Source of the DNA: an uncultured Campylobacter sp. | GTDB lineage: Bacteria > Campylobacterota > Campylobacteria > Campylobacterales > Campylobacteraceae | DNA: 64,000 bases | Direction of reading: 5' to 3' | Assembly (NCBI GenBank): GCA_945928165.1 | Contig: CAMENE010000006.1 | Location: 5,384 to 69,383 of the forward strand | In this document: in pieces, positions 1 to 9,215 of the stretch | Layout: each line of letters starts with the position of its first letter | Numbering within the stretch: position 1 is the stretch's first letter | The notes under the pieces: generated by a model | What the model was told of the DNA's origin: nothing | Seen by the model: only the letters and a program-made list of their open reading frames with translations | Databases searched by the model: none | Program-made: the position numbers and the translations under genes

Positions 1-708
1 GCTAATTTCTACGAAAAAGCTATCAAAAAAGCAGGGCATGATGAAAAAATTCTTTTGCTAGGCGACCTTGGACTTGCCTACATAAAAACAGGCCTATTAA
101 AAAACGCCAAAGACTGCCTTGAAGAACTACTTGGCGCAAATCCACGAGATGAAAAGGCGCTATTTCATCTGCTTTTTGTCTACGAAAAATTAAAGGATAA
201 AGCTGGGATTAAATCCTGCCTTGATGCGCTTTTTGCTTTGGGGTGCTGTGATGATGATTTGCGTGCTTATATCGGTGCTAGCGAGCTTTTATCTGCGCCT
301 CTTAGCACTCAAGATAAAATCACAGCCCTAAAAACACTGCCCCAAACAGCGCTTGTTAAAAGATATATTTGCGAGCTAAAAAGCAAAAACTACGAAAAGC
401 CAAGTGCTGATGAGTTGCCGCCCTTACAAATGTGCGCTGATCTCTTTGAGCTAGATACTTTGAGCGAGTTTTTCACAGATGAGCAAAGTGGATGTGAAAA
501 TCTAAGTTTTAGCATAAAGCTAGCTAGACTTGCCAAAGAAAATAACTTAGGGGCAAAATTGGAGTTTAAATACACCTGCTTAGCTTGTAAAAACGAGCTT
601 CCGCTGTTTTTTGCTCGCTGTCCAAAATGCCTAAAAATCGCTAGCGTTAAGCTAGATGCTACTTTAAGACAAGAGAATAGTTTTTCACAGCAAAAGGGGG
701 ATATGTGA
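1..708 (+). CDS. TPR-repeat protein with C-terminal zinc-ribbon (LapB/YciM-like), 5' end outside window
   Basis: Frame open from base 1 (track ORF 55..708). TPR-like helical repeats, then YTCLACKNELPLFFARCPKC CxxC..CxxC motif. 4-nt overlap with next gene. Confidence 0.6.
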   Translation, partial: ANFYEKAIKKAGHDEKILLLGDLGLAYIKTGLLKNAKDCLEELLGANPRDEKALFHLLFVYEKLKDKAGIKSCLDALFALGCCDDDLRAYIGASELLSAPLSTQDKITALKTLPQTALVKRYICELKSKNYEKPSADELPPLQMCADLFELDTLSEFFTDEQSGCENLSFSIKLARLAKENNLGAKLEFKYTCLACKNELPLFFARCPKCLKIASVKLDATLRQENSFSQQKGDM

Positions 709-1139
709 AAAAAGTGCAGATTTTTTGCGATGGCAGCTGTCTTGGAAACCCAGGAAATGGCGGCTGGGCGTATATCCTACGCTACAAAGAACACGAGAAA
801 AAAGCAAGCGGCGCAAAGGCTAATACCACAAATAACCAAATGGAGCTAAGTGCTGCAATTAACGCTTTAAAGGCACTTAAAGAGTCTTGTGAGGTGGAGC
901 TTTTCACAGATAGTAGCTACACGGCAAAGGGCATAAACCAGTGGCTAGCAAAATGGCAAAAAAATGGCTTTAAAACTGCTAGCAAACAGCCTATAAAAAA
1001 CCAAGAACTATGGCAAGAGTTAGCAAATTTGCTTGCTTTTCACAAGGTAAAAGCGCAGTGGATAAAAGGGCACGTAGGACACGCAGAAAACGAGCTTTGC
1101 GACCAAATGGCTAAAAGCGAGGCTCTTGGCTTAAAATAA
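705..1139 (+). CDS. rnhA: Ribonuclease HI
   Basis: 144 aa. CDGSCLGNPGNGGWAYIL, TNNQMELSAA, ELFTDSSY and KGHVGHAENELCD match the RNase H catalytic pattern. Confidence 0.9.
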   Translation: MKKVQIFCDGSCLGNPGNGGWAYILRYKEHEKKASGAKANTTNNQMELSAAINALKALKESCEVELFTDSSYTAKGINQWLAKWQKNGFKTASKQPIKNQELWQELANLLAFHKVKAQWIKGHVGHAENELCDQMAKSEALGLK

Positions 1140-1270
1140 AACTTGCTAGGGAATTTTAAAAAATATTTTAGAGCTTAAAAAAATTACGCCTTTTGCGCCT
1201 TTTGCTTTTAAAAGTCAGCTGCGAACACGACAAAGTCCCACACCACCTTTATAGCGACTATCAGCTGTAA

Positions 1271-1612
1271 ATTTTAGAATTCACTAGGGAATTTAGGGAC
1301 AGCCCCTAAGGGTTTAGGGCGTAGCCCTTATAAAATTTGCGAGCTAAATTTATCTAGCCTAAAGCGAGCAAAAATTTAGAATTTCCAAGAATAAATTTAG
1401 AATTCCTAAGAATAAATTTAGAATTCCCTAAGCCTTGTGTTTTTTATGTCATCCCCCAGCCCCCTTGGGGGATCTCATCACATCGCCGTCATCGCCGAAA
1501 TCCCGTCATTACGAGCGAAGCGAAGCAATCTCTAGAAATTCTAAAATTCCCCAAAAAATACCCCGTCCCTTCTGGGGGATCTCATCACAAAGAATTCTAA
1601 AATTCCCTAGCA
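1271..1612. repeat. Composite intergenic repeat block
   Basis: Direct reading: GAATTC-TA-GAATTC-type palindromes, ~21-bp tandem units, three-hairpin module copy at 1294..1375, and GTCAT-hairpin-ATCTC unit at 1448..1476. The same modules recur in most other gaps. Confidence 0.9.
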
Positions 1613-1708
1613 AAAAACAATTTAATAAAACCTTAACAAATTTTAAGCAAAGTTTAACATTTAACATAGTAAAATACCGAACGCATTTTACATTTAAAGG
1701 AGTTAACC

Positions 1709-2743
1709 ATGAAAAAAGGTTTTTCAATGACTGAGTTGATCTTCGTGATTGTTATCTTAGGAATTCTAGCTGGCGTAGCCATCCCTCGCCTAGCTGGTAC
1801 AAAAGCAGACGCTGAAATCTCAGCTGCTGCTGCTAACCTACGCACACTAATAAGCGACGCTGCTGCTTACTATGCAGTAAAAGATGGATTTGGCACTGGT
1901 GATACTATTACTAAATGGAATGAAATTACAAATGTGCCTCTAAACAATCCTAATGGAGCAGTGACTAGCACTGATGGTACCCTAAGAATTGGTGGTAAAG
2001 ACTGCATCGCTGTTAGGATTCAAAATGGAGATGACAATATACCAGCTCACATTCTCTTTCTTAAAAAACCTGGAGATGCTGCTTGCAAACAAGTTCAAAA
2101 TGCAGCACCTCTAAGGGCTTATTTTGACTCAACAGTAAATGGTGTTAAAACTAATCCTGGTACTAAAGGTGCTGTGGCTATCGGCTCAAACGCAAGCCTT
2201 TATGGACCAGCAGCAACAGTAGCAGCAGTAGCAGGACCAGCAGTAGGGGCAGCATCAGCATCAGCAGCAACAATAGCAACAACAGCAGCGGCAGTAGCAA
2301 CAGCAACTGGACCAAGACCAGGAGCAGCATCAGCAGCAACAGTAGCAGGAACAGTAACAAGACCAACAGCAGCACAAGCAGCACGACCAGCAGCACAAGC
2401 ACCAAAACCAGCATCAAAACCAGCAGCGGTAGCATCAGCATCAAAACCAGCAAAACCAGCAGCACAAGCATCAAAACCAGCAAAACCAGCAAAACCAGCA
2501 GCACAAGCACCGGCAGCAAGACCGTGGGTAACGAGTATAACAAGCCCAGCGACACCAGGATCGCCAGTAGCAACAGCAGTATTGGTATGGTCAGGATCAA
2601 GACCAGGAGTACCAGCAGCACCAATAATAGGAGCAGGCGGATATTTTTCAACAGCAACAAATAAAGGAAAAGTAACAAAAGGTACAGGAACAGGATCAAC
2701 AGGATATGCAACACCAGCGTTTTACAAGTTATTCGGACGATAA
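1709..2743 (+). CDS. Type IV pilin-like / competence pseudopilin with long Ala/Pro/Lys/Ser-rich low-complexity C-terminal tail
   Basis: MKKG|FSMTELIFVIVILGILAGVAIPRL is a prepilin-peptidase G|F site with Glu at +5. SD AAAGGAG lies upstream. The globular part runs to about residue 165, followed by ~180 aa of low complexity. Confidence 0.8.
   Translation: MKKGFSMTELIFVIVILGILAGVAIPRLAGTKADAEISAAAANLRTLISDAAAYYAVKDGFGTGDTITKWNEITNVPLNNPNGAVTSTDGTLRIGGKDCIAVRIQNGDDNIPAHILFLKKPGDAACKQVQNAAPLRAYFDSTVNGVKTNPGTKGAVAIGSNASLYGPAATVAAVAGPAVGAASASAATIATTAAAVATATGPRPGAASAATVAGTVTRPTAAQAARPAAQAPKPASKPAAVASASKPAKPAAQASKPAKPAKPAAQAPAARPWVTSITSPATPGSPVATAVLVWSGSRPGVPAAPIIGAGGYFSTATNKGKVTKGTGTGSTGYATPAFYKLFGR
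2438..2506 (+). repeat. In-frame tandem repeat inside pilin tail (30-nt unit, second copy expanded by 9 nt)
   Basis: gcatcaaaaccagcaaaaccagcagcacaa at 2438..2467 is repeated at 2468..2506 with an extra gcaaaacca. It encodes ASKPAKPAAQ / ASKPAKPAKPAAQ. Confidence 0.85.
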
Positions 2744-2767
2744 GCTAAAATATTTAGCTTAAAGAGC

Positions 2768-3580
2768 TAGGGAATTCTAGAATTCTAATTCTAGAATTCC
2801 CTTTTTTTATTAATTTAAACAATTACCATAAAATCTAAAATTCCTGCGCCTTATGTCATTGTCCGGCTTGACTGCCCTGTGTCATTGTCCGGCTCCTTCG
2901 GACAATCTCTATAAAAATCCCCCGACTTGCCTTATCTCATCCCCCAACTTGACCCTAAGATCTCGCTCTCTCTGTCATCCCCGGCCCCCTTGGGGGATCT
3001 CTCATCACATCGCCGTCATCGCCGTCATTACGAGGAGTGAGTGAGACGAAGCAATCTCTATGAATTCTAAATTCTAGCGGGGTTTTAGGGGCGGCAGGGG
3101 TTTAGGGCGTAGCCCTTATAAACTTTGCGAGCTAGGCTAGATTTATCTAGCCTAAAAGCGAGCAAAAATTTATAATTCTTAAGCAAATTTATTAAGCAAT
3201 TCTAGAATTCCGTATAAAATTCCGTAATTCCGTCATCGCCGAAATCCTGTCATTGCGAGAAGTGAGTGAGACGAGGCAATCTCTTAGAATTCTAAATTCT
3301 AGCGGGGTTTTAGGGGCGGCAGCCCCTAAGGGTTTAGGGCGTAGCCCTTATAAACTTTGCGAGCTAGGCTAGATTTATCTAGCCTAAAAGCGAGCAAAAT
3401 TCTAGAATTCCAAGAATAAATTTAGAATTTCCAAGAATAAATTTAGAATTCCTAAGAATAAATTTTGAATTTCTAAGGATAAATTTGCTAAAAATCTAGA
3501 ATTCCAAGAATAAATTTAGAATTCCTAAAAATTGCTTCGGCTTTTTCAAAGCCTCGCAATGACGAAAATTATAAAATTCC
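2768..3580. repeat. Composite intergenic repeat block (813 bp)
   Basis: Two three-hairpin modules (3076..3167, 3301..3399), GTCAT-hairpin units (e.g. 2881..2909), gtcattgcgag..gcaatctc units, and a 21-bp tandem array at 3401..3528. Confidence 0.9.
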
Positions 3581-3841
3581 CTAGTGCTTAAACTTCTTTC
3601 TATGCGCCTCAAAATCTATTTCTATAAAGCGGTTTTGCTTTTTGCCTTTTTTAAAATAAAAATACACAAAAACTCCAAGCAATACAGGAAGCGCAAAAAT
3701 AAACAACCAGCTAAGCACAAAAAACACAAAGGCTAGCAAAGCAAAAAGCCCTATAAGCACAGCCGTGGGCAGCGAAAATGCCAGTAAAAACGCAAAAAAA
3801 TTTCTCAAATATCCACCTAAAATCTGCTTAAATTCTATCAA
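3581..3841 (-). CDS. Small integral membrane protein
   Basis: 86 aa with two strongly hydrophobic segments. TTG start overlaps the end of the upstream MFS gene. No recognisable family. Confidence 0.4.
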   Translation of the reverse strand: MIEFKQILGGYLRNFFAFLLAFSLPTAVLIGLFALLAFVFFVLSWLFIFALPVLLGVFVYFYFKKGKKQNRFIEIDFEAHRKKFKH

Positions 3842-4934
3842 GTTTAGCTAGCATTAGCGCCCACAGCACGCAAAGTGCGAGCATAGCATAAGGCGCAAAG
3901 TAGCTAGCACCAAGCAAGCTACCAACAAAGCTACCACCGTATCCACAGGCATTTAACACACCAAGGGCTGCGCCACGACTAGCTTTTGTTAATTTACTCA
4001 TTTGGCTTTGTAAAATCGGCTCTTGAAGGCTAAATGCGATAAAAAATAGCACCGCACCAACAAAGGCAAATAATGTATTCTCAAATCTTGCCTGAGCTAA
4101 AAACACAAGCAAGCTAAACGCAAAAATAATCACGCTAGCAAAAAATAGCTCTTTTGCCTTGCCCTTAGCATCGCCCAAAAATCCAGCCACGCCCATAGAA
4201 AAAAAGCCAAAAACCGCACACAGCGCATAAATCTGCCACAAACTAGCACGCTCAAAGCCCATTTTCCCCACAAGCACAAGCCCAATGCTTACAAAAAAAG
4301 CATTTAAAAACATTTTTTGTAAAAAATTGCTAAGGCTTAAAATGCGAACATTTTTGTTTTTAATAAGCTCGTAAGTAGTGCTGGTCTCATTATGCTCGTG
4401 TTTTTCTGGCTCGTCTAAACCTAGCAAGATAACAGCACTAATCACACAAAGCAAAGCACAAAGCCAAAATAGCGCACTAAGCCCCAAATAGCTAGCTATA
4501 ATAGGGCTTGAAATCATAGCAAACACAAAGGCCATACCAACGCCCACTCCAAGAAGCGCCATGTATTTTGAACGGGAGTTTTCTGGCACTATATCAGCGA
4601 TAAAGGCACTTGCTACAGCCCCAACTGCGCCAGCACCTTGAATAAAACGCCCCAAAATCAGCAGGTAAATACTATCACTAAATATAGCGCAAAGCACGCT
4701 GCCAAGGCCGTAAATAGCGATACCTAAGGCTAGGGCTTTTTTGCGACCGATTTTATCGCTTAAATGCCCAAAGGGTGCTGCAAATATTATCTGACTTAGC
4801 GCATACGCCCCCACAGCCAGACCTATTTGCCACCCCTGTCCGCTAGTATAAGCACTAAGCACAGGCAAAATCACAAAAAGCCCAAAAAACCTAGCCCAAA
4901 CAATAAATATCAAACTAAATACTTGTCTTTTCAA
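3828..4934 (-). CDS. MFS transporter
   Basis: 368 aa, about 12 hydrophobic helices, with the MFS loop motif GHLSDKIGRKK after TM2. Confidence 0.85.
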   Translation of the reverse strand: MKRQVFSLIFIVWARFFGLFVILPVLSAYTSGQGWQIGLAVGAYALSQIIFAAPFGHLSDKIGRKKALALGIAIYGLGSVLCAIFSDSIYLLILGRFIQGAGAVGAVASAFIADIVPENSRSKYMALLGVGVGMAFVFAMISSPIIASYLGLSALFWLCALLCVISAVILLGLDEPEKHEHNETSTTYELIKNKNVRILSLSNFLQKMFLNAFFVSIGLVLVGKMGFERASLWQIYALCAVFGFFSMGVAGFLGDAKGKAKELFFASVIIFAFSLLVFLAQARFENTLFAFVGAVLFFIAFSLQEPILQSQMSKLTKASRGAALGVLNACGYGGSFVGSLLGASYFAPYAMLALCVLWALMLAKLDRI

Positions 4935-4965
4935 AACTCTACTTTCAAATAATTTATAAATTCGC

Positions 4966-5120
4966 TAAGGAATTTTAGAATTCCCTACTATGTCATCCAC
5001 AGCCTACATTGTGTCATTCTCGGGCTTGAGCCGAGAATCTCTGTGATGAGATCCCCCAAAGGGGCTGGGTGATGACACAAGGAATTCTAAAATTCCCTAA
5101 ATAACTCTAGAATTCGCTAG
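4966..5120. repeat. Composite intergenic repeat block
   Basis: GAATTTTAGAATTCC variants flank GTCAT-hairpin-ATCTC units (5013..5041 forward, 5047..5076 reverse). Confidence 0.9.
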
Positions 5121-5134
5121 ATTGTAACTTGCTA

Positions 5135-5287
5135 GGCGATTCTAGTATCGTGGTGCTAGTGTGCCAAAAGCTTGCGGTGCGCACGGCGTGGGTAGAACAA
5201 ATAGTTCACCGAGCCGTGCGCATTTCCGCAAGATTTTTGTGCACCCAGCGGGTTGCGCAGCAAAATAGTGCTGCGAGACGAATCGCC
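5135..5287. other. GC-rich nested-hairpin element (candidate terminator / structured RNA)
   Basis: Outer inverted repeat GGCGATTC (5135..5142) / GAATCGCC (5280..5287). Inner 17-bp stem 5171..5187 pairs with 5213..5232 with a 3-nt bulge. Second hairpin CGCAGC..GCTGCG. T-runs follow the big hairpin on both strands. Confidence 0.55.
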
Positions 5288-5323
5288 AAAAAAAGCACTC
5301 ACAAGTTAAAGCCTAACAAAATT

Positions 5324-6028
5324 CTATTTCCCTAGCCAAATAGTATAACCCAAACTATTTTGCCTAATAGAATACTTATACTTATTATCTAACTCCAAAA
5401 CCACTCTATAAAACTTACCGTGAGAACCCACGGTTGCACGGCGCAAAGGCGTTTTTTCGCCAAACTCACGGCTATGAGTTAAAAACTTGCTTTTTTTCTC
5501 AAAGTCTATCACAATGCGTGAGCCTTTATCATAGCTTTTTAGTAGCAAATCAGGCGTGTTTATGACGATTTTATTAGCATAGGCATTTATTTTGCCAGCT
5601 ACGATATCAGCACTTGCTAGTGGCGTCTCTTCGCTTGGTGTGACAAGGGCTTGTAGTGGCGGGGCCTCTGTGAGATTTGTTATCGTTTTTGCTTCTGCGC
5701 TGTTAGCTGTGACTGAGACATCAACTACTTCGCCGTTTTTTGGCAGGGCTTGGCGACTGATGTAGATAGTATCACGCCAGTCAAAACTAGCCCCAATCTG
5801 GGCGCGCTTTTCTTTTAGCGAGCCATCCACGCTTTTATAGACTACAACCACGGCCTCTAGCTCTCTTGCATCACTTGGTAAATTTATGCTTATTTGACTA
5901 AAATCGTCTAGCTTTGTAATAATATTTGTAGTATTTGAATCAGCCATGGCAGTAGAGATAAAAGGATTGTCCCTACCAAAAGCCAAAAACGGCAACAAAC
6001 ACGCCAGTAAATATAAATATTTCATCAT
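5324..6028 (-). CDS. Periplasmic AMIN-domain protein
   Basis: Signal peptide MMKYLYLLACLLPFLAFG, so the start is taken at 6028 rather than the track start 6067. C-terminal RIVIDF...GKFYRVVLELD...YTIWL matches the AMIN pattern. Confidence 0.6.
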   Translation of the reverse strand: MMKYLYLLACLLPFLAFGRDNPFISTAMADSNTTNIITKLDDFSQISINLPSDARELEAVVVVYKSVDGSLKEKRAQIGASFDWRDTIYISRQALPKNGEVVDVSVTANSAEAKTITNLTEAPPLQALVTPSEETPLASADIVAGKINAYANKIVINTPDLLLKSYDKGSRIVIDFEKKSKFLTHSREFGEKTPLRRATVGSHGKFYRVVLELDNKYKYSIRQNSLGYTIWLGK

Positions 6029-6032
6029 CTCC

Positions 6033-6302
6033 TCAGTTTCTCTCAGGATCAAGCCCGATGAGCTCAAAATAGTCTTTTTGAAGTTTTGCGTTTTCTTGTT
6101 GTAGCTCGCTTACTTGTTTGTTTAGCTGTTCACGCTTTGCGTATAAATCAAGCATCACATCAAGCCCACGCACGCCAAAAAGTATATTGCCTATATACCA
6201 GCCAGCAAAGATTACGCAAACTGCCATTGCGCCGTAAGCTAACAAGGCTTTTGTATTTTTTTTGCGTCTTTGCTTTGGTAAGTGGTCTAAAATTTCGTTC
6301 AT
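6033..6302 (-). CDS. Septum formation initiator (FtsB/DivIC family)
   Basis: 89 aa with one N-terminal TM helix followed by a coiled coil (LNKQVSELQQENAKLQKDY). Sits downstream of eno as in C. jejuni. Confidence 0.7.
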   Translation of the reverse strand: MNEILDHLPKQRRKKNTKALLAYGAMAVCVIFAGWYIGNILFGVRGLDVMLDLYAKREQLNKQVSELQQENAKLQKDYFELIGLDPERN

Positions 6303-6332
6303 TTTGCTACTTTTGGCAATACTATAAACACA

Positions 6333-6492
6333 GGAATTCTAGAATTCCTAAACTAGAATTCTAGAATTTCTAAGTTAAATTCTAAGAATTCTAGAATTCC
6401 TAAGTTAAATTCTAGAATTTCTAAACTAAAAATCTAGAATTTCTAAGCTAAATTCTAAGAATTCTAAAATTCCAAGTTAAATTCTAGAATTT
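6333..6492. repeat. Degenerate tandem array of GAATTCTAGAATT(T/C)C-TAAG(T/C)TAAATTCTAA units
   Basis: Direct reading; fills the whole gap between the eno stop and the ftsB-like start. Confidence 0.9.
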
Positions 6493-7749
6493 CTAGATTT
6501 CATGTCCCAAATACTCGCCATTGCTCTCATGCTCAATTTCAAGCAAGCGGTTGTATTTTGCCATGCGGTCGCTGCGAGCGGTTGAGCCTGTCTTTATCTG
6601 CGCTGTATTTAGTGCCACAGCAAAATCAGCGATAAAACTATCCTCACTCTCGCCGCTTCTGTGGCTCATTATCGTCCGATATCCGCTGCGTTGTGCTAGG
6701 CGCACAGCACCCATAGTTTGGCTTACTGAGCCGATTTGATTTGGCTTGATTAGGATAGCATTTGCTACGCCAGCTCCTATGCCACGGGCTAGAATTTTTG
6801 TATTTGTTACAAAAAGATCATCACCTACTAGCTGTGTTTTTGCACCAAGGGCTTTTGTAAGCTTCGCCCAGCCCTCCCAATCATCCTCACTAAGTCCGTC
6901 TTCTATAGAAAAAATAGGATATTTTGCTACTAAATCGCTATAAAGTGCTATCATTTCATCGCTTGAGTGGCTTTTGGCTCCAAAGTTATAAACGCCATTT
7001 TCGTAAAATTCGCTAGCTGCTACATCCAAAGCGATTTTTATTTGCTCGCCTGCTTTGTAGCCTGATTTTTCTATTGCTTCCATGATAACTTTGATAGCCT
7101 CTTCATTGCTAGCAAAATTTGGCGCAAAACCGCCCTCGTCGCCTACAGCTGTGCTTTGACCAGCTGAGCCTAGAATTTCTTTTAGCTTAGCATATATAGT
7201 AGCTGCTGCACAAAATGCAGCTTTAAACGAAGCAAAGCCAAAAGGCATAATCATAAACTCTTGAAAATCAATGTTATTATTTGCGTGCGCTCCACCATTT
7301 ATGATATTTAGCATAGGTACAGGCAAGATTCTAGCATTTGCGCCACCAAGGTAGCGATATAGTGGGATATTTAGCTCATTTGCTGCTGCCCTTGCTGCTG
7401 CCATAGATACGCCCAAAACTGCGTTTGCGCCTAGTTTGCTGTAATTATCTGTGCCATCAAGTGCTAGCATTGTGCTATCAATCTTTGCTTGATTAAACAC
7501 GCACTGGCCTTTAAGCTTATGGGCAATTAGCGTATTTACATTTTCTACTGCTTTTAGCACGCCTTTTTTATTTAGGCGATTTGCATCGCCATCACGAAGT
7601 TCTAAAGCCTCCCTTTTACCTGTGCTTGCCCCACTTGGCACGATTGCGCTTGCGCTTACCCCACTTTCTAGCGTGATGCGAGCTTGCAGGGTTGGATTTC
7701 CACGGCTATCAAATACCTCCAAAGCACTTATATTTGCTATTTTACTCAT
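6493..7749 (-). CDS. eno: Enolase
   Basis: [36 protein letters not shown]-like [18 protein letters not shown] and [19 protein letters not shown]. Start set at the internal ATG 7749, which overlaps the recA stop. Confidence 0.95.
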   Translation of the reverse strand: MSKIANISALEVFDSRGNPTLQARITLESGVSASAIVPSGASTGKREALELRDGDANRLNKKGVLKAVENVNTLIAHKLKGQCVFNQAKIDSTMLALDGTDNYSKLGANAVLGVSMAAARAAANELNIPLYRYLGGANARILPVPMLNIINGGAHANNNIDFQEFMIMPFGFASFKAAFCAAATIYAKLKEILGSAGQSTAVGDEGGFAPNFASNEEAIKVIMEAIEKSGYKAGEQIKIALDVAASEFYENGVYNFGAKSHSSDEMIALYSDLVAKYPIFSIEDGLSEDDWEGWAKLTKALGAKTQLVGDDLFVTNTKILARGIGAGVANAILIKPNQIGSVSQTMGAVRLAQRSGYRTIMSHRSGESEDSFIADFAVALNTAQIKTGSTARSDRMAKYNRLLEIEHESNGEYLGHEI

Positions 7750-8776
7750 TATTTTCTCCTTCATCAGCCTCAGTACTACCATTTAGCGCATCGCCTATAT
7801 TTTCTTTGATTTTGTTTTCTATTTCAGTTGCTACGGCTTCATTTTCTTTTAAGAAGGCTTTTGCGTTTTCTCTGCCTTGACCTAGCTTGGTGCTAGCATA
7901 GCTAAACCACGCACCGCTTTTATCGATTATATCAAGCTTTACGCCATAATCCATTAGCTCGCCCTCTCTGCTTATGCCCTCGCCAAACATGATGTCAAAC
8001 TCAGCTTGTTTAAATGGCGGTGCTACTTTGTTTTTTACTACTTTTACACGAACTCTATTTCCCACTGGATCATCGCCTTGTTTTAGCGTGGCGATTCTGC
8101 GCACATCTATACGCACAGATGAGTAAAACTTTAGCGCATTTCCGCCTGTGGTAGTCTCTGGAGTGCCATAGCCCATGCCTCCGATTTTCATACGGATTTG
8201 GTTTATGAAAATCACAGTTGAACCCATTTTGTGAACTACACTTGTAAGCTTACGCAAGGCTTGACTCATAAGGCGGGCTTGAAGTCCTACATGCTGGTCT
8301 CCCATGTCGCCATCTATTTCGTTTTTTGGAGTAAGGGCTGCTACGCTATCTACGACTATTAAATCCACAGCACCGCTTCTAGCAAGGGTTTCAACTACAT
8401 CTAATGCCTGTTCGCCAAAATCAGGCTGAGAGATATAAAGATTATCAATGTCTACGCCAAGATTTTTAGCATAATTTGGGTCTAGTGCGTGCTCAGCATC
8501 CACAAAAGCACACACTCCACCAGCCTTTTGGCACTGGGCGATTAGATGAAGGGTAAGCGTGGTCTTACCACTGCTTTCTGGCCCATAAATCTCTACAATA
8601 CGACCTTTTGGCACTCCACCTATACCAAGGGCAAGGTCAAGTCCCAAAGAGCCTGTGTTTATCGCATCTATTGGCTCTATTTCTCTATCGCCCATGCGTA
8701 AAATCGTGCCTTTACCAAATTGCTTATCAATCTGCTTTATAGCAAGCTCTAAGCTTTTTTTCTTATTTTCGTCCAT
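7742..8776 (-). CDS. recA: Recombinase RecA
   Basis: [11 protein letters not shown]alker [19 protein letters not shown] and [10 protein letters not shown]. Confidence 0.97.
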   Translation of the reverse strand: MDENKKKSLELAIKQIDKQFGKGTILRMGDREIEPIDAINTGSLGLDLALGIGGVPKGRIVEIYGPESSGKTTLTLHLIAQCQKAGGVCAFVDAEHALDPNYAKNLGVDIDNLYISQPDFGEQALDVVETLARSGAVDLIVVDSVAALTPKNEIDGDMGDQHVGLQARLMSQALRKLTSVVHKMGSTVIFINQIRMKIGGMGYGTPETTTGGNALKFYSSVRIDVRRIATLKQGDDPVGNRVRVKVVKNKVAPPFKQAEFDIMFGEGISREGELMDYGVKLDIIDKSGAWFSYASTKLGQGRENAKAFLKENEAVATEIENKIKENIGDALNGSTEADEGENNE

Positions 8777-8897
8777 TGTTTATCCTGTGAGAATTAAAAA
8801 AATTGAGTGCTAATTGTAGCAAAAATGCTTAAAAATTTTGCGTAAATTACTTAAAAAATTTTTTAAATATGTTATAATCTTTGCTAAAAGGCAAAAT

Positions 8898-9080
8898 ATG
8901 AAAGAATGGCAAAAAATTACTTTTAATGCTCTAGCAAATGTTGCGGTGGCTCTCATTGCTGCTGGTTTTTTAAAGGTATTTTACTACCAAAAAGACGAAA
9001 TAAGCGGTATTTATGTAGCTATTGTCGGCTGTATTTTTTTAAGCTTGGTTTCTTATATAGCAAAAAGGATAGAAAAATGA
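8898..9080 (+). CDS. Small membrane protein
   Basis: 60 aa from the internal ATG of track ORF 8838..9080; two hydrophobic helices. Confidence 0.4.
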   Translation: MKEWQKITFNALANVAVALIAAGFLKVFYYQKDEISGIYVAIVGCIFLSLVSYIAKRIEK

Positions 9081-9205
9081 CTTTTACTTTTGATACTTTT
9101 ACTATACTAGCTACTGTTGTAGCGGTTTGGGGTGTTGGCTTTGCTTATTGGGTTTCTATCGCTGAAAAAGGCAAAGACAAAAAAGACTTAAAAACAGCAC
9201 ATTAA
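9077..9205 (+). CDS. Small membrane protein (42 aa), translationally coupled (ATGA overlap)
   Basis: Hand translation gives MTFTFDTFTILATVVAVWGVGFAYWVSIAEKGKDKKDLKTAH. Below the ORF-track size cutoff. Confidence 0.3.
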   Translation: MTFTFDTFTILATVVAVWGVGFAYWVSIAEKGKDKKDLKTAH

Positions 9206-9215
9206 AGGCAAGATT

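Noticed and set aside
1435..1845. Track ORFs 1435..1734, 1509..1727, 1654..1845 and similar ones at 2853..3044, 16966..17154, 44538..44762 and 53940..54173.
   Set aside because: They lie inside repeat modules or run antisense to the pilin start. Their sequences (e.g. ..NSRIPK.., ..ILEFL..) are just translations of the GAATTCTAGAATTCC palindrome and hairpin units.
2178..2714. 178-aa minus-strand ORF made almost entirely of Leu (track ORF 2178..2714).
   Set aside because: It is the antisense reading of the GCA/CCA/ACA triplet-rich pilin tail (TGC/TGG/TGT read as CTG/TTG). It has no start context and no protein-like composition.
5129..5335. 68-aa ORF (5129..5335) and the two ORFs at 18564..18775 as protein-coding genes.
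   Set aside because: Arg/Ala/Cys-rich odd composition, no SD, and complete overlap with long self-complementary DNA. They are better explained as structured non-coding elements.
6333..6492. Possible CRISPR array, because of regularly spaced repeats.
   Set aside because: There are no unique spacers. The intervening sequence is itself repeated and AT-rich, the units are about 21-22 bp half-palindromes, and no cas genes are nearby.
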